DNA of 61,291 bases, the filler included, from Diploschistes diacapsis (Eukaryota): the NCBI GenBank assembly GCA_023645945.1. It is 4 parts of 4 records of this genome, joined end to end, with 100 filler letters (N's around TTAATTAATTAA, not from the genome) between each part and the next. Parts side by side here need not be neighbours in the genome. Positions count along the whole stretch, not along the records: positions 1 to 15,260 come from JALAIB010000561.1; 3 more parts are not named here. One strand, written 5' to 3'. The translations under genes were made by a program, and so were the position numbers. The notes beneath the pieces were generated by a model, which made no database searches, was not told the DNA's origin, and worked only from the letters and a program-made list of their open reading frames with translations. Every line of letters starts with the position of its first letter. Within the stretch, counting starts at the first letter, position 1. This document shows, piece by piece, positions 1 through 11,113 of this stretch.

Positions 1-758
1 AGAAGGGGAAGGGGAAGGGAAGACGGGCTGAGAGAGATGGTGAGCGGTATTTGACCGGGGATATTACTTGGGCTATCTTTGCTTTTGGAGGAACAGAGAT
101 TGTGATTTCAGGCGTGGGCTGAGAGATGTCGTACACAAAGCGTCTAAAATGAAATGCAGGTGGCAAAGGCGTATCCAACCGCATCGGAACGCAATATGGA
201 GGAGGAGGTGTGGTGGGAAGTTGCATGGTTCAGGCCGAAGCCTTGATGGCTGCAATATCTTTATCGCGTCTTTATCGCCGATTCCTCGGTTGAGGATGAT
301 CGTCATGTGAACGTTGAAGGTACTCAACTCGAAAGCATTGTGGCATAATGGGCGATGTGACTGCCTGGATTGTGAGTGCAGCGACAGTAGCTAAGCAGTT
401 GAGCTGGTCCAGATGCAGAAAGACATGGACTGATGGATGTTGCCTGGGTGCACTCCAATGTAAGTCCATTGAACACCCTGCATTACTGGCAGTCCTTGGT
501 CCATTATGACTCTCTAAAGGAGTCCTTCGCTAACTGCTAAGATACATGAGCTCTTGAAGGAGCACTGATTCAGGTTCAGGTCCTGGCGAGTGGGCCAGCA
601 TCTCCTGCTGAAAGAACCCCCCGCTCTGATGCCTTTTCGCTTCGAGCGTTACTCTACAGCTTCAAGCGCCTTTCGCCTCATCATACCAGCCTTGCTCTAC
701 ATACCGATCTAATGACACCAGCATAATGACACGCCGGAGCCTTCGAATACCGCGCAGA

Positions 759-3700
759 TCACTGCAGGAACAACAAACGCTCCATCTCGCGTTCATCCGG
801 TGGCTCAGCAGCAACGATATGGTATTGACCATCCTCGCGCTTTCCCTCCGCTCGCAGATATCCTCCAGACACAGCGCAGATGGTATCGGCATACAGTTCC
901 GAATTCACGATCTTGCACCTGTTGCTCGTTGATTCCATGTGAGCGATAAGTGCGCTTGGAGAGGGGAAGGTGTTGCGGCACGAGGGGCAAACCAGCTGGC
1001 GGAAGTGGCCGGAGCGAAGGTGGCGGATGATATTAGCTTTCTGGGGCCAGGATTTGCTGGTAGATGTTAGCGTCTGCCATGCGCCTGTGGATGACAAGTA
1101 TCAGGCGCGGGACGACTTACGTGCAAGCTGCATATGGACAGACGTAGTATCCGTGCTGGTTCAGCAAGGGAGAGGGATCGTAAGAGTTGCTGAACGGGTT
1201 CTGCGAAGGTAAGCTGCGCTTGGCAAATTCAGCCTTGATACGATCGTCCCCAAGAATGAACTCCGATAGGCGCGCAATGTGCTCTCGTTTCAGCTCGATG
1301 TCGGCTATTGCAAGCGTTAGCTCTTACATTTTATAGGGATATGGAGTGGATGCTCTTTACTCTCTGTTCCTTCCAGCATGAGTCCTCGGCGTTGATACTG
1401 GACCATAAGATACCGGGACCTGACAAATTGGTCTGGGGAGATGTTCGGACAGTTGGACGCCTCGATGTGGTTGATGACCGCGCTACCAGAGATGAACTGA
1501 GCTCCGCAGCCTGAGCACTTGATCGGGTTTGGGACGATGGGATGGGCTATAGCTATTAGCGATCATGCTCCTAGAGATGCCTGGTGGGACCATTGTAGGG
1601 AGTAGCAATATCGTCTCAAGCCAGCAGGGATGTTGCAATTTTGACGTACCACGTTTGTTATGCTCCCCAAGGCTCTCCATTCCCGAGAAGTCCAAGTTGC
1701 AAAGATGACAGTAGTAGTGTCCGTCATTGGCCACCTTATGGCAAACGAGTTCTTCGAAGCCACCAAAGTCCACATCGCAAATCACACAGTAATGGTGCCT
1801 GTGCACCTTGTGGCTCTGTAGCGCTGGGAAACTCAAGTAGTTCTTCGGGTTGTCAACACATACGTTGCAAAAGAGTTGTTCTGGTTCGTTGCTGACCACC
1901 GGGCCTCCTGGCTCGGGTGTCCACCATTGCAAAACTTCAGCACTTGGCTCGAACCTTGGCTTCCGAGGGTCCTCTGCGGCTACAGAACGTGCGACCTCCG
2001 CGTCAATTTGGATTTTCTGGTCCCTGTGCCAGTCTTCGGTCTGGATTGCTGCAGCAATTTCGGCGTCAATGAGCTCTGATGTCGCTCTCTTGCGGGAGTT
2101 CTCTTGGTCTTGAGCTTGCATAGCTACCGCCATCCGGTGATCTATGAAGACCTGTTGCGTATCGCGGCCATTGGCGGTTCTGGCCTTGTTATTAACCACA
2201 TAGTCTTTCTGCTCTTCTAGAATTCCAGAGGAACGGGTAGTTGCACTTGGTGGTGGTCGAGTCTCTCCCACAAGCCCTTTGCCCCAAGCTTGAGCTGGTG
2301 AGTGGGATTTTGCGCGAGGGTCTTTTCGTTGCATCTTCTCATGCATCCTGGCGCCTTTTTCGAGCCAGGTGTTCATTGTGTCATCAATCGTGCGCTTTGA
2401 AACAATCAGCAAACAAAAATCTCGTGGAGTTATCAATTTACCTCAGAAGCTTTGGTGATGACTGGAGCCGGCTTTGGCTTTTCCTGTTCCTCTGGAATGA
2501 ACTAGGGGAGCGACGCATCAGCCGAAGAACCGCGTTTCAAAAATGACTTCTACTTACTAATAAAGGCTTCGAAGCGACGCTTGTCTTGTTAACCATATCC
2601 GCCTGCATTTTGGGTACTTTGGCATTGTTTTGGCCAGTATTCTCATATATGGTCTCAAGGTCTTTTGTCTTTGTCTGCATGTTTCTGATGGCCTTTGCAA
2701 AGCCTGGCCGGTCATCGACAACCTGTGTCTTGGCGATCTGAAGTCCAGGATCTTTTGGGGTCGCACGAACTTCAGGTTCAACAGTCTGATTCTTCTCTAT
2801 GCTCATCTGCGGTGGCTCTTCATAGAGCGTTGTGACTACTGAAATCGAAATGGGATTGGTCGGCTTCTCCAACGAGTTTGGAGGTATGTTCTCTTTAAGA
2901 TTACGGCTGGGGGAGTCGTTAAGATGCTCCGCAAGCATAGCTTGTAAGTGAGGAGTTTGCTTCTGCGTGATCTTGTTCTCACGTTCAATCGATCGTTCCG
3001 CAAGCGGGGTCCGTACTTGAGAGTCTCTCTTCGAAAATGCATCGTGCTGCACATCCTTTAGCTTCGCATGAGTAGGTTGTATGCGAGATTTGGAAGGCTC
3101 ATTCTCGTTGGTACTATGCTGAGAATTCGAGGCAGGCCGATCAACGAGGAATCCCTTTGATTCCTGTTGGCGATAACCACTAGGCTCCGCACCTGCTTGA
3201 TTCTGCTTCTGCGGATTGTACAGTGAATCAGCCTGAGCTTTGAATAAGCCAGATGGCATGGCGTGATGGGTGTCTGGCATAGGCCATTCCTCTACAACAG
3301 CTACTGAACGTGAATATCGCCCGTTGTCAGGCATGATGTTGCTCCGATATTTCTCGTGTTTGCCTTGTAATCTAGTGGAGTTTTCGAGAGGATCATTTTG
3401 CTCGGTTTCGTAATGTGCAGCTGGAGTGGACCATTCGTCAGTAATGGGTCTTTGCCGTACATGTTGTTGCTGTTCGACGGCAGCTCTCATGTTGCCTTGA
3501 TCCTCATATGCCTGAGCCTGTGCCGGACGACTAGGATCGTCATCCGGAGAGGGTGGCCTCTGGCAATAACGTGTGGTTGGCATAGACCACTCACCCATGA
3601 CGGCTTGGGGTTGCGCTTCGTGCTGTGAAACGTGATCTCCGACGTTCTGTTGGTCCGCTTCTGATCCGCCTTCTTCAAATAGATGGCTCAGCTTCGAGTA

Positions 3701-4324
3701 CCTGTCGAGGATACGTTGCTCGGTAGCTTTGGAAATTGGGGCTTTTTTAGGTGGTGTGACCGATTTCGGGACCTTCGTAGGAGCCGGAGTGCTTGCCCCA
3801 ATTGGCTTCGCTGACTCCAAACCTGCGGGTGAGCTTATCACAACTAGCTTCGACGGTTTCCCAGATGCTTGTGGGTTCGCTACTAACGGCTTTGGTTGTT
3901 GTTTGACAGCCGGCGACTTGGCCGCAACTGGTTTTGGTTGCTCAATATTTGTTGATCGCATAGCATTATCCAACTCTTCTAGCATCTGGTAGGTTGAGCT
4001 AACCTTGACCTTTTGTGGGTTCGAAGGACGATCAGAGAGGTCGCTAGTCTCGACCAGCATCTGTTCGTTGTTTGGCGCTCGAGCGCGGCCATCTGCCCCA
4101 AGGTTAGTGAATTCCGTAACAGCAGCCAATCGAACAAACTTACAAGACATAGGACCGTGCTGCTTCTCAGCAACTGGCCTCCTGAGACTTGCGATACCCG
4201 CTCCAGTGCTTGTTGAAGGTGCTAGGAACGATGAGGGCCGTGATGTATGCTGGTTGCGGCCCTGATGGCCTTCGGCCCACATGGACTCTCCGAGCCCACT
4301 CTTAAGGGAACTTCGCTCAGACAT
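759..4324 (-). CDS. Multi-exon C2H2 zinc-finger protein with a long low-complexity N-terminal region; exon boundaries approximate
   Basis: Consecutive minus-strand ORFs 2537-4324, 1483-2436 and 759-1097. Repeated CxxC...H/H motifs (FCNVC...SHKVHRHHYCVIC...HKVANDGHYYCHLC...H; CPSCRNTFPSPSALIAHME). Intron-like GT..AG segments lie between the ORFs. Confidence 0.65.
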
Positions 4325-5465
4325 CTTAGCCGAGATGAATAGGTAGAGATGCTGCTACTATATGGGGTGAGCTTGATACTTAGTTAATACAAGACTGTCT
4401 CGCTTGATTTGTATCCCTCAAGTTTGGCGTTTGCTTTGTTATCACTCTTTGACCGAAGTTCAGCTGTATTTCAACTTGATGGCCTCACAATCAAATACTC
4501 AGATCCTGTTGACAAATGGGCGGGTTAGAAAACATACGGAGAATCAAGAAAGCCTCTTGAGATATCCTGAGATAAAAGGCTAAGACAGATAAGGTCAAGT
4601 GAATCCAAACCATTCAAGATCTGCTGGACGCTCCTTTGACGTGACGTCCCCAAGAAGTGTTGGAGTGCGTTTTGAAAATGTTCTGTCCGGGGACAAGGTT
4701 GAGGGACTCTGCCCCTTCGATCGAGAGATTGGGTTGGCTTGGTGCTTTGGGCCAGAGTGTCGAAGCAAGATAAAACTTTGATGATTCAAGATCAAGACGT
4801 GATCTCAGGGTAGTAGAAAGTGGACGCTTTAAGGTAGTGTTCGTGGGCTCGAATTGCTAGTTACGTTTCAAGGCTGAGAGTTGTATATTTGCCAGACACC
4901 AGATGAACTCCGTCCGAGAGTGTACCTAGAGTTTATTTGAAAGTGTTAGTGAATATATAGCGATCAAAAACTCAGTAATGTTAGGCTCGGCGCGTAGACA
5001 GAGTATGTCAGTAGTTGGGTGACGTGCAAGGTTGAGAGAGAGGTCTTATCAGCCAGCGCATGAGTTGTGCTTTGAAGGCCCTTTTGCTATGTTGCAGGGA
5101 AAATGAACCTCACTATGAAGTCTGTTAGCTTGGGAGAGAGTGGTATGGGAGCTCTGCTGTTTTGAAAGGAATGATGTGATTTGTCACCTACATGGATATT
5201 TCTCATAGAGCGAAATGGATGAAAAGATATGCAAGCATTTACTGCTTAACAAAAAAAAGTTCAGTATCAGAGTCTGCCACTGAGTGGCGTAAGGGTATCG
5301 TAATCTTGCTCTCGTTGCTCATACCACGTAATCGCAAGCCAATGCGCTTTTTCAACACCTGCCAGCCTTCGTAACGCCGTACATACTTTCTCTCGCAGGC
5401 CTCCTTGCCCTTGCCCATCCAACTCACATAGCCAGCAACACCAAAGGCCCACGGTTACTGCCCCA

Positions 5466-6341
5466 TCAAAAGCACAGGAACTTCTTCTTCCCATCATCCT
5501 TCTTAGCCTGCCTCTCTTCCCATTCCCTCCTGCCCTCCTTGATCCTCTGCTTTTCCCACTCTCCCACACTTACATTGCGTCCCTCACTACTTGCAAAGCT
5601 CACACCACTATCAACCGTCTTCTCACTCCCGGTACTCCCCGCACTTCCCTTTCTCTCTTTGGTACGCTCACCTCCCTTACTCAACGCCGTACCTGTAGTC
5701 TCAACACTACCCTGCCTCATTCCCTTCTCCTTAAGCGGACACCCATTTTGCATGACACTCCTTACACTCTCCTCTTGCTCCGCCTGTTGCTGTGCCCGAG
5801 CTAGAGCGGCTTTGATGCCCTCCTGCCTTTCTCTAATAGCCAGCGGTCTGTTCGGATGGGTAGCGTACTCTTTCACTCCGAAGATGTTGCCGGACGGAGA
5901 CTGCACCAGGCCCGGGAGGCGTTTGTCCTTATCGGCTTCTGTGAGGTGATGGCCCTTGCTAGGACTTTTGTCCGGACTCAAGCCAGATCTCTTCGGATCG
6001 TGGACATCAGCCGCATGCTTGGCGCTACGAGATGCAAGTTCGAGGGGATCGATGAGCTCTGAGACGCGTAAGAGGTTCTGTCGCGGGGCAGGACGGGTGA
6101 TACCGGTTGGTGGAACGGGCTGGTCTTGGAATTGAGCGACGGTGGGGTCACGTGTGGGATGGGCAGGAGTTAAGGTTGCTGCTGCTGCAGAGATGGAATT
6201 GTAAGTATCGCTGCTGTAGTAGGCGGCGTAGTTCTTTTCAAGAAGCGCATCCTCGGTAGGATTGGCGGTGGGCCGAAAAGGGGTAGTGGAGGAAGTAGAT
6301 GAAGTAGAGCCTCGGTGAGGCTTTGATTGGTTCTGACCCAT
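5466..6341 (-). CDS. Hypothetical 291-aa protein with an N-myristoylation-type start (MGQNQS) and a basic, Cys-containing C-terminus (KKKFLCF)
   Basis: Uninterrupted 876-bp ORF, Ser/Thr/Pro-rich and charged. No recognisable enzymatic domain. Confidence 0.7.
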   Translation of the reverse strand: MGQNQSKPHRGSTSSTSSTTPFRPTANPTEDALLEKNYAAYYSSDTYNSISAAAATLTPAHPTRDPTVAQFQDQPVPPTGITRPAPRQNLLRVSELIDPLELASRSAKHAADVHDPKRSGLSPDKSPSKGHHLTEADKDKRLPGLVQSPSGNIFGVKEYATHPNRPLAIRERQEGIKAALARAQQQAEQEESVRSVMQNGCPLKEKGMRQGSVETTGTALSKGGERTKERKGSAGSTGSEKTVDSGVSFASSEGRNVSVGEWEKQRIKEGRREWEERQAKKDDGKKKFLCF

Positions 6342-6810
6342 TGTAGGTACAGCAGTGAATTAGCGAAATACTGAACCATGTGAGGTCAGACAAGTCGATG
6401 GATACTATATTCTTCAGAGCTTTCTTACCGGTATTTTGAGCAATGTGGCTGCAGGTAACTGAAGTCGAAAAGTTATTATGATATTAATTAATAAGCTACC
6501 CGATAAGGTTGAGCCTAGATATATTGCTTATAACAAATAAGGGAGAAAAGACTAGGCCAGCTAGTCATCAGGAATGTGCAAAGAAGAGCAGCGAGTTACC
6601 CCTCGACTGCAAGTAAACACAAAAGAATTAACAGATTAGGTTAGAGCAGCACGCTTAGGGTTTGCCGCCCACCGGGGGCGACTTGGGATAAAGCTGCAGT
6701 AAGATGCCAATTCAACCACTCCTCGATGCGAGGTCGTGATACTTGAGAAATCAGAAATCTACAGTTTGCGGGATAGCAGCTGTTATATCTAATTCTCCAG
6801 AGTCCAGTGC

Positions 6811-7522
6811 TCAGAATCTTGTGTAGGGCAACCTGCTCGTTATCAGTGTTGGTTCCAACACAGGAATGGCGCATGTATTCCAGTTTCCAACTAACCATTT
6901 CCCGCGAAGCGTGATAACTGCCCAATCGCCTTTTTCATCTGTTTCCTTTTCTACTTTGGTCGAGAAAGATATCGCGGACATGATTCCATCGCCTGTTGGA
7001 TCAGTCATTCTGTATGATGACATCGGCAAAGCTTTGATTCCTTACCAAATTTTTCGTTGAGCACGGCCTGGTGCAGAATGGCTATCAGTACAAAGATCGG
7101 ATACATTTTGCCCCAGAACTCATACCTTGTATGCTGGCCCATAATTCTGCACAATCTCATATAGTCGATATATCAGAGGCTCTCGCGGAGGCATATCGAT
7201 GACTCGGCCACGGTCTGGATATCCTGCTAGCTGCTGCTCCAGCGTCTTGTGGTCGATTTCTAATGCTTTGGAGAGCTTTGAGACATCTTCTTCCGATGCT
7301 CTTGCCTGTCCATAGAACAAGGCGGCAACAGCAACCTCAGAACGACCCAACTCTTTGGCGATCTGCTCAAAGCTCAGTTGCTTCTTGGCCTTGGCCTCAA
7401 ACATGGTCAAGGCGGACTGGGGTAGGCGCTCATGGAGGGAAGTCTGTTTGTGGTTAGCGGCGGAATTGCGCCTGTTGGGTTTTCCCGAGTCAGCGAACAT
7501 CTAGAGTTGCAAGATGCGACAT
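6811..7522 (-). CDS. cyn1: Cyanate hydratase (cyanase), five exons
   Basis: Exons read MSHLATLD / ...[25 protein letters not shown]...PDRG...[18 protein letters not shown] / AVLNEKFG / DGIMSAISF...ITLRGKW / LPYTRF*, the hallmark fungal cyanase sequence. Confidence 0.95.
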
Positions 7523-9422
7523 ATTTGCTGAGGTGTTTCTCGTTACAATTTGCGATTGTCCGTTGTAGTTTTGACTCTTGATCTTTTGTGATGCTTCAAT
7601 TACTGGTTTTTCTTCAGCCAGCTCTTCTGGATTGAGGCTTAAGTACTGCGGGGATCAACCCACGTCATAAACTTTGTGTAAGCAAGTCTGTCGGTCAAAG
7701 TCTATGACATGCCGCAACGGCTTGGGAATGGCTTGATAGCGGCTACATCAATTCCCCAGCCGCCTTAGGCTTTTAATTAATAAAGCAGTTATCATAGTAT
7801 GTTCCACTAAGTTATTAATGACCATCGATGATTAAGATACAATGCCGTCAAAAGAGACACGGGATCCTCGGACCGGTCCGCCGTACGTACACGGAGCAGC
7901 CATGGCCCCAGAGATCCAGCGTCTCGTATCACACGCTTGGTTTTGCAGCTTCATTCGTAGTACAATTTTCACTTCGACTAGACCAGGTATGCGCACGGGG
8001 CTCTCCCCATCTTCAGATCGGAATGGGGCGGAGATTGCAGAGGTAAGCAAGTGAGCTCTGGGTAGATAAAAGTAATTACATACCAAAAAATTGGGGGTTT
8101 TGGGATTAAATAATGCTGAGGTGCCAATATAACTCCCTCAATAATGCTTCAAACGATTTGAGAAAACAGTGAAGTATTTTTCAGATACTCAGTGACCACA
8201 TCTCTTCTCTGCAACATCTCCTAAAAGTTTCTGTATATGAAGTGCCGAAGTGACGCATCGGAGGCAATACCAGCAGCTGGGACATTCAGCGTCATTTGCG
8301 CCTTGAAAGTTACCCCTCGTGCGCCATCAAAGCCTTCCTTTTGCACCTCGTTGCTGCTTATTTAGGTTTGCAGATCTAGTGTTTTCTACCGCATCTGTCA
8401 ACGGCCACAAGCTTCCCCTTTTGGGATTGTCCGGTGATACACGATGATCGATTGGCTTAGGCATAGCACCATGGATGGGATGGGACAAGCTTTTGCCCCG
8501 CATGGCACTTCTCAGGTGCGAACGCCACCACCGTCCAAGCTCATAAGCCTCTAGCATCAAGCCCGCTGCGCACGATAGCGCCACAATTGCCCTGTGAAGC
8601 TGCAAAGACTGTCAAATCGTGAAGACAAACCAGCAGCAACTGCTAATCGAATCTTATGCGTGACCAGCAGATCCCTTGGGAAGTTTCCCCCACCGTGTCT
8701 CCTCTTTTGCTTCGGCAAAAACATACCCGCGGCTGGGGAGCTCGGCCATGCAAGATCTGGTGCTGCATACAAAAAGACGATCACTGAAGAGGGGAAGCGC
8801 AAATACATCTGCATGTCGTCCCCGCCACATGACAATGTCCAGAGTCGACTAAACAAAGATTGCAGCGCGGAGAGGTTACACTAATGCCTGGACAGGAACG
8901 TGATGTCCATTGAGTTCTGCTCAGTGCGGTGATCATCTGCGATTCAAACTGCGGGATCAGGTCCTGTAGTAGTCAGGCCAAAGCTTGTGCATTGGACCAA
9001 TGCGGATCTTACTCAAGCTCCTTGCAAGCTCACCTCTTGGTGATTTGCTTGCTATAAGAGCAGCGACGCCGCATTGGGGCCTCTGCCCTCGCTCCTCTCC
9101 CTCTCGAGCTGTGCCATCATCCAGGTAGTCAAGGAATTTGTGAGCTGCGTGGGGAGCTTTCACCTTGGTCCTATAGAGCTTGTAAGTGACTCGAAGTGAT
9201 TCCCATATTTCGCGTTTCCTCGACAGCGCCGAGTTGCCTTCTTTCCTCCATTTTGGTGTTGAAGTGCTGCTCTGAACCCAACTTATCAGGCTTGTTTTTG
9301 ACTAATAATCCTGTTCAGCGAAGAGACGTGCTAGTTATAACCACTCCCCGAACCTGGTAGACGTAAGTCTCTACCATAGACTCCGATACCATACCGTCGC
9401 CAATAGTGCTTCAGCACCCAAG

Positions 9423-11113
9423 ATGCATACTTTCGTTGTGCTTGCTCTCGCAAGCGCCGCTTTTGCAGCTCCCTCAAACCTTGTGGCCAGAACTCCGACA
9501 AGGTCCTACCCCGACGACTCTCTTCAGCGGCGTTACGATGTCAACGAAGCTCGCGCCTCCGCAGTAGCCCAGACCTTCCAGATCGGATGGGACGGCTACT
9601 ATGAGTTTGCCTTCCCAAACGACGAGCTTGAGCCGGTATCCAACGGATTCCAAAACCCACGGTAAGAGAAGCTACCCGACGTTCATACGCTTTAGCTGCA
9701 TATTCTGACTAAAACAGAAATGGCTGGGCAGCTACGGCGGTCGACGCTCTCGATACCGCCATTATCATGGGCCTTGACACCATAGTGTACCAGATCCTGG
9801 ATTATATTCCCAACATCAATTTTCACCAGTCGTACGAGAACGAATCTGTGTCTCTATTCGAGACCACCATCCGCTACATCGGCGGCATGCTCTCGGCATA
9901 CGACCTTCTAACAGGTCCCTTCTCGAACACTGCCAAGAATATGACGACAGAAGTCAACTCCCTCCTGGAGCAGGCCCAGGACCTTGCAAACGTCCTAGCT
10001 TACGCCTTCAACACCACAACCGGCATCCCCTACAATGACCTCTTCATCAACAATGACACCTACGCTGATTCAACGCCCGTCAACGGCATCGCCACAATCG
10101 GCTCCCTCGTCCTCGAGTGGACCCACCTTTCTGACCTCAGCGGCGACTCCACATACGGTCAGCTCGCGCAAAAGGGCGAGTCCTACCTCCTCGACCCCAA
10201 ACCCGCGTGGGCCCAGCCATTCCCAGGTTTGATCGGTACAAACGTCAACATCACCTCGGGTGAATTCCTCGACGCCGATGGTGGTTGGGTCGGTGGCGAC
10301 GACTCCTTCTACGAGTACCTGTTGAAGATGTACGTGTACGACCAGTCGCGCTTTGCCGAGTACAAGGACCGCTGGACCGCGGCCGCGGATTCCACCATCC
10401 GATACCTCACCTCCCACCCACTCACCCTGCCGAACATCACCTTCATCGCCGAATTCTCCAACACTTCCCTCATCGACACCTCCGAGGAGCTCGCGTGCTT
10501 CGACGGCGGCAACTTCATCCTCGGCGGCTTGGCGCTCAAGGAGCACAAGTACCTCGACTACGGCCTCGCCCTAGCCGCGGGTTGCTATAACACGTACAAC
10601 TCGACCGCGACCGGCATCGGTCCCGAAATTTTCTCCTGGAACGCGTCCACTGTGCCCGAGGACCAGGCGCAGTTCTTCGACGAGCACGGTTTCTACATCA
10701 CCGACGCCGTGTACGTCCTCCGGCCGGAATTCTTGGAGAGCCTGTACTACGCCTACCGCGCGACGGGCAACACCATGTACCAGGACTGGAGCTGGCAGAC
10801 CTTCCTGGCGATTAACCGCACCACGCACGTGGGCAGCGGGTACAGTGATATCAACAACGTGAACGTCGAGGGCGGAGGCGGCTTCCTGAATGTGCAGGAG
10901 AGTTTCTTCTTCGCGGAGGTGCTCAAGTATGGATACTTGATCCATGCGCCGGATGGCCAGTACCAGGTGGACTATCGGGGAGAGCAGCAGTTTGTGTTCA
11001 ATACCGAGGCCCAGTGAGTACTTCTCTTTTCGTTAGTTGGGCTTTTGTATGCAGACTTTGCTAATTTGTTCGTACCCAGTCCGTTCAAGGTCAAGGGATC
11101 GCCCCTACCGTGA
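9423..11113 (+). CDS. Secreted class I alpha-1,2-mannosidase, glycoside hydrolase family 47; three exons
   Basis: Signal peptide MHTFVVLALASAAFA. GH47 motifs SLFETTIRYIGGMLS, LEWTHLS, DSFYEYLLK, ACFDGG, LRPEFLES, ESFFFAEVLKY, FNTEA. Introns at about 9662-9717 and 11015-11079. Confidence 0.95.

Noticed and set aside
1..226. Minus-strand frame MQLPTTPPPPYCVP... open to the window edge
   Set aside because: Only about 75 codons, no recognisable domain, and it ends in a simple repeat. Cannot be supported as a gene.
6811..7522. Possible cyanase-carbonic anhydrase (CCA) cluster
   Set aside because: No carbonic anhydrase gene on this contig. It looks like the ordinary core cyanase.
10035..10945. 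Several overlapping and antisense ORFs inside the mannosidase
   Set aside because: Shadow ORFs caused by strong GC3 codon bias.
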